DNA of 64,000 nucleotides from Escherichia coli (GTDB lineage Bacteria; Pseudomonadota; Gammaproteobacteria; Enterobacterales; Enterobacteriaceae): NCBI RefSeq assembly GCF_044324785.1, contig NZ_CP172127.1; one strand, 5' to 3'. Shown piece by piece: positions 9,758 to 21,716 of this stretch (position 1 is its first letter; each line of letters starts with the position of its first letter). The notes under the pieces were generated by a model. It saw only the letters and a program-made list of their open reading frames with translations, ran no database searches and was not told where the DNA came from. The position numbers and the translations under genes were made by a program.

Positions 9758-11167
9758 ATGACAAGTATTCAACAACGAGCAGAACTGCACCGCCAGATAT
9801 GGCAAATTGCCAATGATGTCAGAGGTTCTGTTGACGGATGGGATTTTAAGCAATACGTTCTGGGCGCGCTTTTCTACCGTTTTATCAGCGAAAATTTTTC
9901 CAGCTATATTGAAGCCGGTGATGACAGTATCTGTTATGCGAAACTGGATGACAGCGTAATTACTGATGACATTAAAGACGATGCCATCAAAACTAAAGGC
10001 TACTTCATCTACCCAAGTCAGCTTTTCTGCAACGTAGCTGCGAAAGCAAATACCAATGACAGACTGAATGCAGATTTAAACAGTATCTTCGTTGCTATCG
10101 AAAGTTCTGCTTACGGTTACCCTTCAGAAGCTGACATCAAAGGTTTGTTTGCTGATTTCGATACCACCAGTAACCGCCTGGGTAACACCGTTAAGGATAA
10201 AAATGCCCGCCTGGCTGCGGTTCTGAAAGGGGTTGAAGGGTTAAAACTTGGTGACTTCAACGAACATCAGATTGACCTGTTCGGCGATGCCTATGAGTTC
10301 CTGATTTCTAACTATGCGGCGAATGCTGGTAAGTCAGGCGGCGAGTTTTTTACACCGCAGCATGTCTCTAAGCTGATTGCACAACTGGCTATGCACGGGC
10401 AGACCCACGTTAACAAAATCTACGACCCAGCCGCAGGTTCCGGTTCGCTGTTGTTACAGGCGAAAAAGCAGTTTGATGACCATATCATCGAAGAAGGCTT
10501 TTTTGGTCAGGAGATCAACCATACGACCTATAACCTGGCGCGTATGAACATGTTTTTGCACAACATCAACTACGACAAGTTTGATATCAAGCTGGGCAAT
10601 ACGCTGACTGAGCCGCACTTCAGAGATGAAAAACCGTTTGATGCCATCGTTTCTAACCCGCCGTATTCAGTGAAATGGATTGGCAGCGATGACCCGACGC
10701 TGATTAACGATGAGCGTTTTGCCCCGGCTGGCGTCCTGGCCCCCAAATCAAAAGCTGACTTCGCGTTTGTATTACATGCGCTGAACTATCTTTCGGCCAA
10801 AGGTCGCGCCGCGATTGTCTGCTTCCCGGGTATTTTTTACCGTGGCGGCGCAGAGCAGAAAATCCGTCAGTATCTGGTCGATAATAACTATGTCGAAACC
10901 GTGATTTCACTGGCACCGAACCTGTTCTTTGGCACCACCATTGCCGTAAACATTCTGGTGCTGTCTAAACATAAAACGGATACCAAAGTTCAGTTTATTG
11001 ACGCCAGCGAACTGTTCAAAAAAGAGACTAACAACAATATCCTGACCGATGCCCATATCGAACAGATTATGCAGGTATTTGCCAGCAAGGAAGATGTTGC
11101 TCATCTGGCGAAATCTGTTGCGTTTGAGACTGTTGTCGCGAATGACTATAACGGCTTTGTTGAATAA
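9758..11167 (+). CDS. hsdM: Type I restriction-modification DNA methyltransferase subunit HsdM, 3' end replaced by IS903 inverted repeat (probably truncated; no hsdS/hsdR follow)
   Basis: N6-adenine MTase motifs ([26 protein letters not shown]); last 4 codons and stop (GFVE*) are encoded by the IS903 terminal inverted repeat starting at 11153. Confidence 0.8.
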   Translation: MTSIQQRAELHRQIWQIANDVRGSVDGWDFKQYVLGALFYRFISENFSSYIEAGDDSICYAKLDDSVITDDIKDDAIKTKGYFIYPSQLFCNVAAKANTNDRLNADLNSIFVAIESSAYGYPSEADIKGLFADFDTTSNRLGNTVKDKNARLAAVLKGVEGLKLGDFNEHQIDLFGDAYEFLISNYAANAGKSGGEFFTPQHVSKLIAQLAMHGQTHVNKIYDPAAGSGSLLLQAKKQFDDHIIEEGFFGQEINHTTYNLARMNMFLHNINYDKFDIKLGNTLTEPHFRDEKPFDAIVSNPPYSVKWIGSDDPTLINDERFAPAGVLAPKSKADFAFVLHALNYLSAKGRAAIVCFPGIFYRGGAEQKIRQYLVDNNYVETVISLAPNLFFGTTIAVNILVLSKHKTDTKVQFIDASELFKKETNNNILTDAHIEQIMQVFASKEDVAHLAKSVAFETVVANDYNGFVE

Positions 11168-12209
11168 ATCAGATTTCGGGTAAGTCTCCCCCGTAGCGGG
11201 TTGTGTTTTCAGGCAATACGCACGCTTTCAGGCATACCTGCTTTCGTCATTTTGTTCAGCGCTCGTACCAGGGCCATAGCCTCCGCAACCTGACCATCGT
11301 AGTCACGCAGCGTCAGTGAACCCCCGAACAGCTGTTTTACCCGGTACATCGCCGTTTCCGCTATCGAGCGACGGTTGTAATCTGTTGTCCATTTCCACCG
11401 CGCATTACTCCCGGTCATTCGCTGATTAGCCACTGCACGGTTACGGTCTGCATATTCACCGGGCCAGTAACCCGCACCTTTTCGGGGAGGGATAAGCGCG
11501 CTGATTTTCTTACGCCGCAGTTCATCGTGACATAGCCGGGTATCGTAAGCGCCATCGGCGGCGGCTGACCTGATTTTCCGGTGGGTTTGCCGGATTAACC
11601 CGGGGAAGGCCTCTGAGTCCGTAACGTTGTTCAGCGACAGGTCAGCGCAGATGATTTCATGTGTTTTACTGTCAACGGCGAGATGCAGCTTACGCCAGAT
11701 ACGGCGGCGTTCCTGGCCATGCTTTTTGACTTTCCACTCGCCTTCACCGAAGACCTTCAGCCCGGTGGAATCAATTACCAGGTGTGCGATTTCACCCCGG
11801 GTGGGCGTTTTGAAACTGACATTAACCGACTTTGCCCGCCTGCTGACACAGCTGTAATCCGGGCAGCGTAGCGGAACGTTCATCAGAGAAAAAATGGAAT
11901 CAATAAAGCCCTGCGCAGCCCGCAGGGTCAGCCTGAATACGCGTTTAATGACCAGCACAGTAGTGATGGCAAGGTCAGAATAGCGCTGAGGTCTGCCTCG
12001 TGAAGAAGGTGTTGCTGACTCATACCAGGCCTGAATAGCTTCATCATCCAGCCAGAAAGTTATGGAGCCACGGTTGATGAGGGCTTTATTGTAGGTGGGC
12101 CAGTTGGTGATTTTGAACTTTTGCTTTGCCACGGAACGGTCTGCGTTGTCGGGAAGATACGTGATCTGATCCTTCAACTCAGCAAAAGTTCGATTTATTC
12201 AACAAAGCC
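11153..12209 (-). mobile_element. IS903-like insertion sequence (IS5 family), 1057 bp
   Basis: Perfect 18-bp terminal inverted repeats GGCTTTGTTGAATAAATC at 11153-11170 and (reverse complement) 12192-12209; element length 1057 bp; single transposase ORF. The flanking 9-mers GACTATAAC and GTTACCCGC differ, so there is no target-site duplication. Confidence 0.85.
11209..12177 (-). CDS. IS903-type transposase
   Basis: 322-aa product (M)KDQITYLPDNADRSVAKQKFKITNWPTYNKALINRGSITFWLDD... recognised; probable TTG start. Confidence 0.85.
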   Translation of the reverse strand: MKDQITYLPDNADRSVAKQKFKITNWPTYNKALINRGSITFWLDDEAIQAWYESATPSSRGRPQRYSDLAITTVLVIKRVFRLTLRAAQGFIDSIFSLMNVPLRCPDYSCVSRRAKSVNVSFKTPTRGEIAHLVIDSTGLKVFGEGEWKVKKHGQERRRIWRKLHLAVDSKTHEIICADLSLNNVTDSEAFPGLIRQTHRKIRSAAADGAYDTRLCHDELRRKKISALIPPRKGAGYWPGEYADRNRAVANQRMTGSNARWKWTTDYNRRSIAETAMYRVKQLFGGSLTLRDYDGQVAEAMALVRALNKMTKAGMPESVRIA

Positions 12210-13339
12210 GTTACCCGCTCTTCAATCTCATGCAATTGATTATGCAATATCGCATTTTCATCCTTTTGCCCGGCTAATGAGTGGGTAAGCGTCTCAACTT
12301 CTTGCTGTAATGCGGAGCTCCTGGCCTGGAAAAACTCAAGTTCCTTCAGAACCCGATCTTTAAGAGAGAATAGGTACTCTTCAGCTGACAGCGTGGTGAT
12401 CCTATGATGGGCGGCGGCGATAAATTCATCATAAAAATCATCACTCTTTGCATCCAGGGCAACAACAAACTCTTTCACTTGCTGATAAAACGGGTGAAAT
12501 GCCGGACCAGAAATCGTGTTTAAATGCCACTCAAGGAACACGACAACATAGTTTTTATAATCTCTGAGACGGTGTTCCATCATCCCCTGCTGACAGATAA
12601 ACGCTTTAAGCGCCACCAATGCTTCAACAGCACAGCGGTGCGACTCTGCTCGCGTGGCGGATAGGGATTCACTACGGTTGATGGTATGAGAAATTAACGT
12701 TTCATTTAAGACCGAAATTCTGTTCGCCATGAGCATAAATGCGCAGACGAAGAAAAGATCGTTGGTCGTCCTGATTTCCTGAAAGCGAAGCTGATGACTA
12801 GTAATAAATTGACGCCTGAGAAGCTTGTCCCATGGCCACCAGACAAAGGTGCGGAAAAAGTCAGAGGGAATATCCTGGGATGAAAAAAACTTGAGATCAG
12901 GTAACAGCTCCTGGCGCACTGACCACGGCATCGGAGCATAAACCTGCAAGGCGGGATCAAAAGACTGGCTGCGACAGATAACGACATCCGCTTGTATATC
13001 GCTAGCACGTGCGTACATGCGCTCCAACATCATGTTATCGACATAATCGTCGTCATCAAGAAAAATAACGTACTCACCGGTAGCAGCATCCAACCCGATG
13101 TTTCTTGAGCCTCCCCCACCAAGATTTGTCGTGTTGTTAATGACTCTAATTCGTGAATCAGTTTCAGCCAGCGCCGAGACAATCTCTAAGGTATTATCGT
13201 CAGAACAATCGTTGACAATAATGATTTCAATATCATTTAATGTTTGCGACAAAACAGTGCTCAATGTGTCGGAAATATATCCCGCCGCATTGTGCACAGG
13301 GATAATAACGGAAACAGCTATACTCTCTTTTTCAGACAT
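12179..13339 (-). CDS. Family-2 glycosyltransferase with C-terminal coiled-coil region; 3' end fused to IS903 inverted repeat
   Basis: N-terminal GT2 motifs (VSVIIPVHNAAGYISDTLSTVLSQT, DDDD); C-terminal heptad-rich region; last 13 codons (ERVTALLNKSNFC*) are IS903 IR sequence. Confidence 0.65.
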   Translation of the reverse strand: MSEKESIAVSVIIPVHNAAGYISDTLSTVLSQTLNDIEIIIVNDCSDDNTLEIVSALAETDSRIRVINNTTNLGGGGSRNIGLDAATGEYVIFLDDDDYVDNMMLERMYARASDIQADVVICRSQSFDPALQVYAPMPWSVRQELLPDLKFFSSQDIPSDFFRTFVWWPWDKLLRRQFITSHQLRFQEIRTTNDLFFVCAFMLMANRISVLNETLISHTINRSESLSATRAESHRCAVEALVALKAFICQQGMMEHRLRDYKNYVVVFLEWHLNTISGPAFHPFYQQVKEFVVALDAKSDDFYDEFIAAAHHRITTLSAEEYLFSLKDRVLKELEFFQARSSALQQEVETLTHSLAGQKDENAILHNQLHEIEERVTALLNKSNFC

Positions 13340-13460
13340 GCAATCACCTTGACGCTTAGCTTATAAACGTAATTATATTTATTTATGGGTAGCGTTTAAT
13401 TTGTAGGTTGCCAGTTTATTAAGGATGGGTAAGATGAAAGCGACTGAGCTTCATCAAAAA

Positions 13461-14594
13461 TTACTCTTCAACAACATCACGATATGTTTTTAATGTTTTA
13501 TTAATGATCATCACACTCGAGAATTTATCTTGAATGCGTTTTCTGCCATTGATACCCATTGCGACGCGCGTTTCTGGGTTATCCAACAGGAAACCGAGTT
13601 TCTCCGCTAATTCCTCGACAGATTTACTTTTTACAATCAACCCATTATAGTTATTGATAATTAAGCTATCACAGCCACCAACATCATAAGCGATACAAGC
13701 GCGCCCGACAGAGGAAGCTTCCAGCAAGATACGCGGTACGCCTTCGGCGTAGACCGACGGCAAAGCAACGATATTTGATTCTTCAATTAAATCAAATACA
13801 TTAGAGCAATGACCGAGCCAGTTAATCACGCCTTCGCTTTGCCACTTCTGTATCGTCGCCAGCGGAATTGCGTCTTTATCATTCTCAACTAAAATACCGG
13901 CAACATTCAGCGTAAAGTGAATATTTTTATTACTCAGTATTTTTTTGGCTTCAATCAGGTCACCCAGTCCTTTACTCCACAGCATACGGCTGGCAAAAAG
14001 GACGACCGGAACATCACGCTGCTGCTCCAGAGAGTATTTGTAAATCTCTGGATTAATACCCGCGCCATCAATAACAATAGTCTGTTTGTAATCGATACCA
14101 ACCAGATCGGCAAGTTTAGCTCTGTCTTTATCATGTTCGAACATAAACAAACTGCATTTGTTACTGGCGATATACTTATATGCCATAACAGTAAAACTTC
14201 GCAGCAGCTTAAGACAGGCAGACTCTGCGGAAAATACTCGGCCCAAACCGACAAAACTCAGAATAACAGGACGATGGGTACTTTTAGCCAGAAAACCGCC
14301 GATCAAACAGGGCTTGATGGTAATGCAGTGCAACAAATCTGGATTGATGTTTTGAATAATTTTCCGAGCCTTAGAAAAGGCCCGAAAGAAAATCAAAACG
14401 TTGAATGATTGGGCGACAAGTGGAATGTTATGGCAAACAAAACCTAATGTCCTGAATTTTTCCGCTATTTTATCATCGACAAAATGGCTAATAATGTGAA
14501 TCTCATAACCGGCATCTCGGGCGGCAATTGCACGATCGGTCCAATGCAAATCAAAATACCAATCCGAATTTATGAAATAACACAGTTTTTTCAT
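13461..14594 (-). CDS. wbbO: GT4-type glycosyltransferase, WbbO-like (galactan-I biosynthesis)
   Basis: Retaining GT4-type C-terminal motifs; ATG at 14592-14594 gives 377 aa, matching the recalled Klebsiella WbbO length; position after wbbN in a wzm-wzt-wbbM-glf-wbbN-wbbO array. Confidence 0.7.
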   Translation of the reverse strand: MKKLCYFINSDWYFDLHWTDRAIAARDAGYEIHIISHFVDDKIAEKFRTLGFVCHNIPLVAQSFNVLIFFRAFSKARKIIQNINPDLLHCITIKPCLIGGFLAKSTHRPVILSFVGLGRVFSAESACLKLLRSFTVMAYKYIASNKCSLFMFEHDKDRAKLADLVGIDYKQTIVIDGAGINPEIYKYSLEQQRDVPVVLFASRMLWSKGLGDLIEAKKILSNKNIHFTLNVAGILVENDKDAIPLATIQKWQSEGVINWLGHCSNVFDLIEESNIVALPSVYAEGVPRILLEASSVGRACIAYDVGGCDSLIINNYNGLIVKSKSVEELAEKLGFLLDNPETRVAMGINGRKRIQDKFSSVMIINKTLKTYRDVVEE

Positions 14595-14606
14595 TGCTAT
14601 GTCCAC

Positions 14607-16666
<2,060 letters not shown>

Positions 16667-18559
16667 TTAGCCAAGAATCGAACGGCGAACTTTATAATAA
16701 TATTTGATGAGCTTATTTCTTCTTGGCGAACCGACAGGAGCATATTTGTTAACATATGGCATTAAAGCTCTTTTAATCTTTGTCTGCAGTAACACGGTTT
16801 GCTGCAGTTCAGTATGTTGGTTAGGTACTACCGTGGCCACAGGTAACTGGCGATAGTAGATTTCTTTCTCCCATGGCGTACTTAAAACATTCTCAAGAAA
16901 ATCATCATAGAAATCGACTTTCTCAGTATTCCATGGTTTGTTTTCACCCGCATAGTGAATCATTTTTGGATTTCTTCTGGCTTGCAAAAAGCGCATATAG
17001 GTTGAAAACTTGAGATTCGGGAAGAAATCATCGGTATTACCATTACCATGGTACACGTTCCATTCTAATGGTAAGAATTTGACTCGGCCAAAGAAGACTT
17101 TGTTCATGATATCCTGATCTAAGAACCAATACTTTTTGGCTTTCAATGCTGACATCAATTGAGCAAAGGTATTCTCTGTAACCATTTGTTCGACATTAAA
17201 AACAATAATCCCGGCCTGAAAATATTCGTCAGGATTAGTCATTCCTAATGTCTTTTTCAGGTATTGCTCTGCAGGCATAATGCCATCATCTGATTCTGAC
17301 ATGGTACCAAACTTCACAAACCCTTCCATGACGATGTCTTTAACAGCGGCAACCAGGTTAGTGCCGATCTCGACATCCAGAAGTGTCGCCAAATCAGCCT
17401 TCACCACGGTGTCAGAATCGATAAACACAACTTTTTTATACTCGCGGAAAAGTTGCGGGATGAACAAGCGCGCATAGGTCGACGCACTAAAATGTGCACG
17501 GGTATGAACATCACTCATCTCAGTGAATGAATTCACATCAAAAAAGCGCAATGATATGTTGTTATGACCAGCAACTAGCTTGATAAGGCGTTGTTTATTT
17601 AAATGACTGACCTTATTTTCCAGAACAACGATATCATAGTTTCTGCTCGCATCAGAATGGAGAACAATTGAATTGATTAATGCCCCGCCACTTAATGCAT
17701 AGTTATTATCAAAACTAATAACAACCGGTACGCTTTCGTCAAAAACGGGCTTTAATTTACCATTAAATGTTTCAGCAGTAACAAACGTGCGCTGTAGTTC
17801 TTTTATTTTTAGCTGTTTATCTTGTTGACATTTGATGATATAGATATTGAATAAACGCTCAGCAATGTGTCCTATAACTCGTTTTTCTTGAGCGTTGTAG
17901 TTATTCATCGAAATCCGATCTTCAAGATTAGACAAAATAGCAAAAAGCCATTCAGAATAATCCAGGAACATGTCTTTGCGCATAACAAACATGTTCGTAT
18001 AATAACCATCAGTTGCATTATTGAATTGTTGAATCGCAGCTTTATATTGTGGATACAGCTCTTCAACGACATCCAGGGCAGACTGATAGTCTTTAATGTG
18101 TAAAAACTCACCTTTTGCATAATGATCAAGGTTATTCTTACTTCCTGCCGATGTTACCGACCATTTTTTGGGTAACAGCAGATCATATCCATCGACGCAG
18201 GTGCTTATGGATTCATCACTTAATCCAAACTGGCTTTCGTATTCGGCATTGATGAGCGGGTAGTTGACTACCCCCCAGTTATCCTCAGGATGATTTTGTT
18301 GTTCTGCAAAGTTCAAGTGTCTGCGGTAATGCATGAATCCCACATAGTCAGCCAGAGATTCATTCTTCCACACCCAGTAGTGGGCCGTCAGCTCACAATA
18401 GAAGGGGTTTTTAAAGGAAATGTTGTCTCCGCTATCATCCCCTTCACAGCCAATATCATTATAAGTATTAGCCTTCCCGACATGCAGTGGTTTAATAATA
18501 GAGGCATTTAGAAAAGCACTGGGTTTGTGGTGACATGTATAAATTTTGATACTATTCAT
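16667..18559 (-). CDS. wbbM: Bifunctional galactosyltransferase WbbM-like (N-terminal DUF4422-type domain plus C-terminal GT8 domain)
   Basis: 630 aa; N-terminal YWVWKN...GFMHYRR segment; C-terminal GT8 features (NYALSGGALINS, IDSDTVV DxD-type motif). Confidence 0.75.
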   Translation of the reverse strand: MNSIKIYTCHHKPSAFLNASIIKPLHVGKANTYNDIGCEGDDSGDNISFKNPFYCELTAHYWVWKNESLADYVGFMHYRRHLNFAEQQNHPEDNWGVVNYPLINAEYESQFGLSDESISTCVDGYDLLLPKKWSVTSAGSKNNLDHYAKGEFLHIKDYQSALDVVEELYPQYKAAIQQFNNATDGYYTNMFVMRKDMFLDYSEWLFAILSNLEDRISMNNYNAQEKRVIGHIAERLFNIYIIKCQQDKQLKIKELQRTFVTAETFNGKLKPVFDESVPVVISFDNNYALSGGALINSIVLHSDASRNYDIVVLENKVSHLNKQRLIKLVAGHNNISLRFFDVNSFTEMSDVHTRAHFSASTYARLFIPQLFREYKKVVFIDSDTVVKADLATLLDVEIGTNLVAAVKDIVMEGFVKFGTMSESDDGIMPAEQYLKKTLGMTNPDEYFQAGIIVFNVEQMVTENTFAQLMSALKAKKYWFLDQDIMNKVFFGRVKFLPLEWNVYHGNGNTDDFFPNLKFSTYMRFLQARRNPKMIHYAGENKPWNTEKVDFYDDFLENVLSTPWEKEIYYRQLPVATVVPNQHTELQQTVLLQTKIKRALMPYVNKYAPVGSPRRNKLIKYYYKVRRSILG

Positions 18560-18573
18560 CTTATTACCAATTA

Positions 18574-19314
18574 TTAAGCCATTGCTTGCTTGTAAAGTTC
18601 AATGATTCTCTCTGCTGAGCCAATTTCGCGGAGTTTATGGTTTTCGATCCAAACAACTCTGTCACAGATTTTTTCAACATCACTCATATTGTGGCTAACG
18701 AATAATATCGTTACACCCTTATTTTTGAAGTCTCGTATTGTTTGTATACATTTGGCCTGGAACGAAATGTCACCGACAGCAAGTACCTCATCGATAATAA
18801 GTATATCGGGTTCTACCTGGCTGATGACAGAGAATCCAAGCTTCGCAAGCATACCACTTGAGTACACGCGAATAGGTTCGTCAATGAAATCACCCAGCTC
18901 GGAGAACTCAATTATCCGATCCATCCGTTGCTGAACCTCTTTGCGGCGTAGCCCAAGCAGGGTCGCATTGAGATAAATATTTTCTCGCCCGGTTAATTCA
19001 GGGTGAAAACCGCCGCCTAGCTCAAGCATTGAGGCAACGCGTCCCTGGGTTGTAACAGTGCCTTTTGTAGGCTTAATGACGCCGGCCACCAGCCCGAGGG
19101 AGGTACTTTTCCCTGCGCCGTTACGACCAATCAGCGCTACGGCCTCGCCTTTACCCACGGTGAAGGTAATGTCTTCGATCGCAAGATATTTACGCCCTTT
19201 TAACAGCTGAAAAGCTCTTTTAGGGTGAAATACGAGATCCTTAATTCCTGAGCCAATATGGTGGTAAAGAGGATACTCTTTCGTAACGTGACTAAAGTTT
19301 ATTACTGGTTCCAT
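18574..19314 (-). CDS. wzt: O-polysaccharide ABC transporter ATP-binding protein (short Wzt without C-terminal carbohydrate-binding domain)
   Basis: Walker A GRNGAGKST, ABC signature and Walker B ILIIDE; 246 aa. Confidence 0.85.
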   Translation of the reverse strand: MEPVINFSHVTKEYPLYHHIGSGIKDLVFHPKRAFQLLKGRKYLAIEDITFTVGKGEAVALIGRNGAGKSTSLGLVAGVIKPTKGTVTTQGRVASMLELGGGFHPELTGRENIYLNATLLGLRRKEVQQRMDRIIEFSELGDFIDEPIRVYSSGMLAKLGFSVISQVEPDILIIDEVLAVGDISFQAKCIQTIRDFKNKGVTILFVSHNMSDVEKICDRVVWIENHKLREIGSAERIIELYKQAMA

Positions 19315-20093
19315 TACAAAATCTCTGCAAATCGATATTTTAATTTATTAAAAATACTCAGGCCCACAATTGTCAGGACTAAACCTGTAATGTAAAGGAT
19401 TGAAATATATTCATAATTTAAGACGCCATCCATGAACAGCTGCCGCCAGCTGAGGATCATGCTTGCCAGAGGATTATAGGTAATAATCCAGCTAAATTTT
19501 TCAGGAATCATATCTGACGCATATAATATCGGCGTGCAATAAAACATGAGCATGATACCAAGGCTGACAAATCGCTCTAAATCCCTGAAGAACAGATTTA
19601 GCGTAGAAAATATGATTGAAATACCAAATGTAAAAATCACCTGACCAAGCGCAATAATTGGTACGCCCCAGAGCCATGAGAGCGATGGACGCATACCATA
19701 CACGAACAGGAATGCAATAATCACAGGAATTGTACACAAGAAATGTACCCCTTCCATCATGACATTACTCAATGGAATAACTGAGCGCGGAAAAACTGTT
19801 TTTTTGATTATTTGCGCATTGGCTATAAACGAAAACAAGGAATTTGTCGCCGAGCTGGCAAACCATTGCCACGGAAATAAACCGGTAATCAAGAAAAGGG
19901 TATAATTCGGGATCTGCACTCGCATAACGAGCTTAAAAATGAAATAATATATCATTGCAAAAAGCAGTGGATTCGCAATTGACCATAAGTAACCAAATAC
20001 GCTGCTTTTATAACGTACCTTTAAATCTTTGTTTGTTATAACAACAAGAAGATCAAACAAATACCCTATATTATACTTCATTTTTATACTCAT
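19314..20093 (-). CDS. wzm: O-polysaccharide ABC transporter permease (ABC-2 type)
   Basis: 259-aa multi-pass membrane protein; stop overlaps wzt start by 1 nt. Confidence 0.85.
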   Translation of the reverse strand: MSIKMKYNIGYLFDLLVVITNKDLKVRYKSSVFGYLWSIANPLLFAMIYYFIFKLVMRVQIPNYTLFLITGLFPWQWFASSATNSLFSFIANAQIIKKTVFPRSVIPLSNVMMEGVHFLCTIPVIIAFLFVYGMRPSLSWLWGVPIIALGQVIFTFGISIIFSTLNLFFRDLERFVSLGIMLMFYCTPILYASDMIPEKFSWIITYNPLASMILSWRQLFMDGVLNYEYISILYITGLVLTIVGLSIFNKLKYRFAEIL

Positions 20094-20390
20094 AAATTAT
20101 TCTACAAAAAATTCCGTACGTAATATGTATCAAACAGAATTATCGATAAGATCTGCTGTGCTCGAGAGACGAACAGCTATTCCCATAAACAAAGACCAAT
20201 TGTAACATCATTTTGCACAAGCAATATGTAAACAATCTTTCCTGCGCATTAGCACTCCGGAATCGGAGATGATCGCTAACCTCAGTAACCGCTGAATGAA
20301 AATGTGATTCTCGTGGAAGATACATAAACCATCCTTTAAGATTGTAAATAAAATGTTAAATCGAACAATGAGTTTATTCTAAAATTCAGA

Positions 20391-20402
20391 CACGCTACCG
20401 CC
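20391..20402 (-). promoter_or_regulatory. ops element (GGCGGTAGCGTG) for RfaH-dependent antitermination, upstream of wzm
   Basis: Plus strand CACGCTACCGCC at 20391-20402 is the exact reverse complement of the 12-nt ops consensus; about 300 nt upstream of wzm on the coding strand. Confidence 0.65.
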
Positions 20403-21051
20403 ATTGGCTATCGCAACCAAAATGCGGACTCCCCTCTCTAAAGTGTCTGTCTTACCCGGTCTTACCGTAACGAAGAGGATACGCTCGTCGTTAGCTCCAC
20501 AAGCATTACCGGCGCAGCATTCATGAAGCCACAAACAGCCTAGTCAGCGTTCGGCAAAAAAGCTAAAAACAAACGGATATCTGTACTCAGCGCCCCTCTC
20601 CGGACTCACATCCATCGCTACACCGCAACAAATGCACCGCTACTTTCCCCAGTTTATGGCATCCTATCCATCAGGACTTTCTCATTTCACCCTTGAAACC
20701 AACAAAAAGCGTCACTCTCGGCAGTATGACTTCAACAGCCATGTAGCTGGGCGCTCCGCATCTCTACATGAGTCAGGCAGAGTATTAAGTTCGCGGGCAG
20801 GCAGCGGCAACACCACCAGGATAACGTACTTCCTCATCCTATCTTGCATAAAAGTGAATTTGACTTTTCTTCAAAAGTGGTCAAATCCGAGCGTCGTAGG
20901 GTACGTTTGCTGCGCATTATCAATAATGCATCCGTAGGACGTGAATTACGCGCGCATTATAGCTCTGGTCTGGAAGAATAAAAATGAAAAAGCATGACCA
21001 ATCCATCCAGCCAAAAAATACTGAAGTGGTCAACAAAAACTGGCCACCGAG

Positions 21052-21396
<345 letters not shown>

Positions 21397-21538
21397 GCTT
21401 TCATGGTGAGCCTGCTGTCCGGCGAGAACGACATGGCCCAGCCCACTGGTTTTCTGTAAGCGTCGTCTGAGTACCGTCTGGTCCCGAATCCAGGATCCTG
21501 TAACTTAAGCACCCACTTATTTTGCAGGTGGACACCTC

Positions 21539-21691
21539 ATGCGCACCAAAGAACGACTCCCCCGGAAACGCTATTCTCCTGAATTTAAAATGGAACTGGT
21601 CAGGCTGGCCCTTGAACAAGATGTCACGAACGGTGCAATAGTGGTTCTTCCGCAACTTGGGTGGAAGAAAATGGATGAAACTTTCTGGTGA
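21539..21691 (+). pseudogene. IS3-family OrfA-like N-terminal fragment
   Basis: MRTKERLPRKRYSPEFKMELVRLALEQ... (SPEFK-type HTH start) ending at a stop after 50 codons; opposite orientation to the OrfB fragment. Confidence 0.4.
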
Positions 21692-21716
21692 ACAAGGATC
21701 TAAGCTGTTTTAAGTT

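Noticed and set aside
11149-12213. Possible extension of the IS903 inverted repeats by 4 bp (TAAC...GTTA)
   Set aside because: Canonical IS903 IRs are 18 bp and the element is exactly 1057 bp with them; the extra 4-bp match has about a 1/256 chance expectation and does not restore a target-site duplication.
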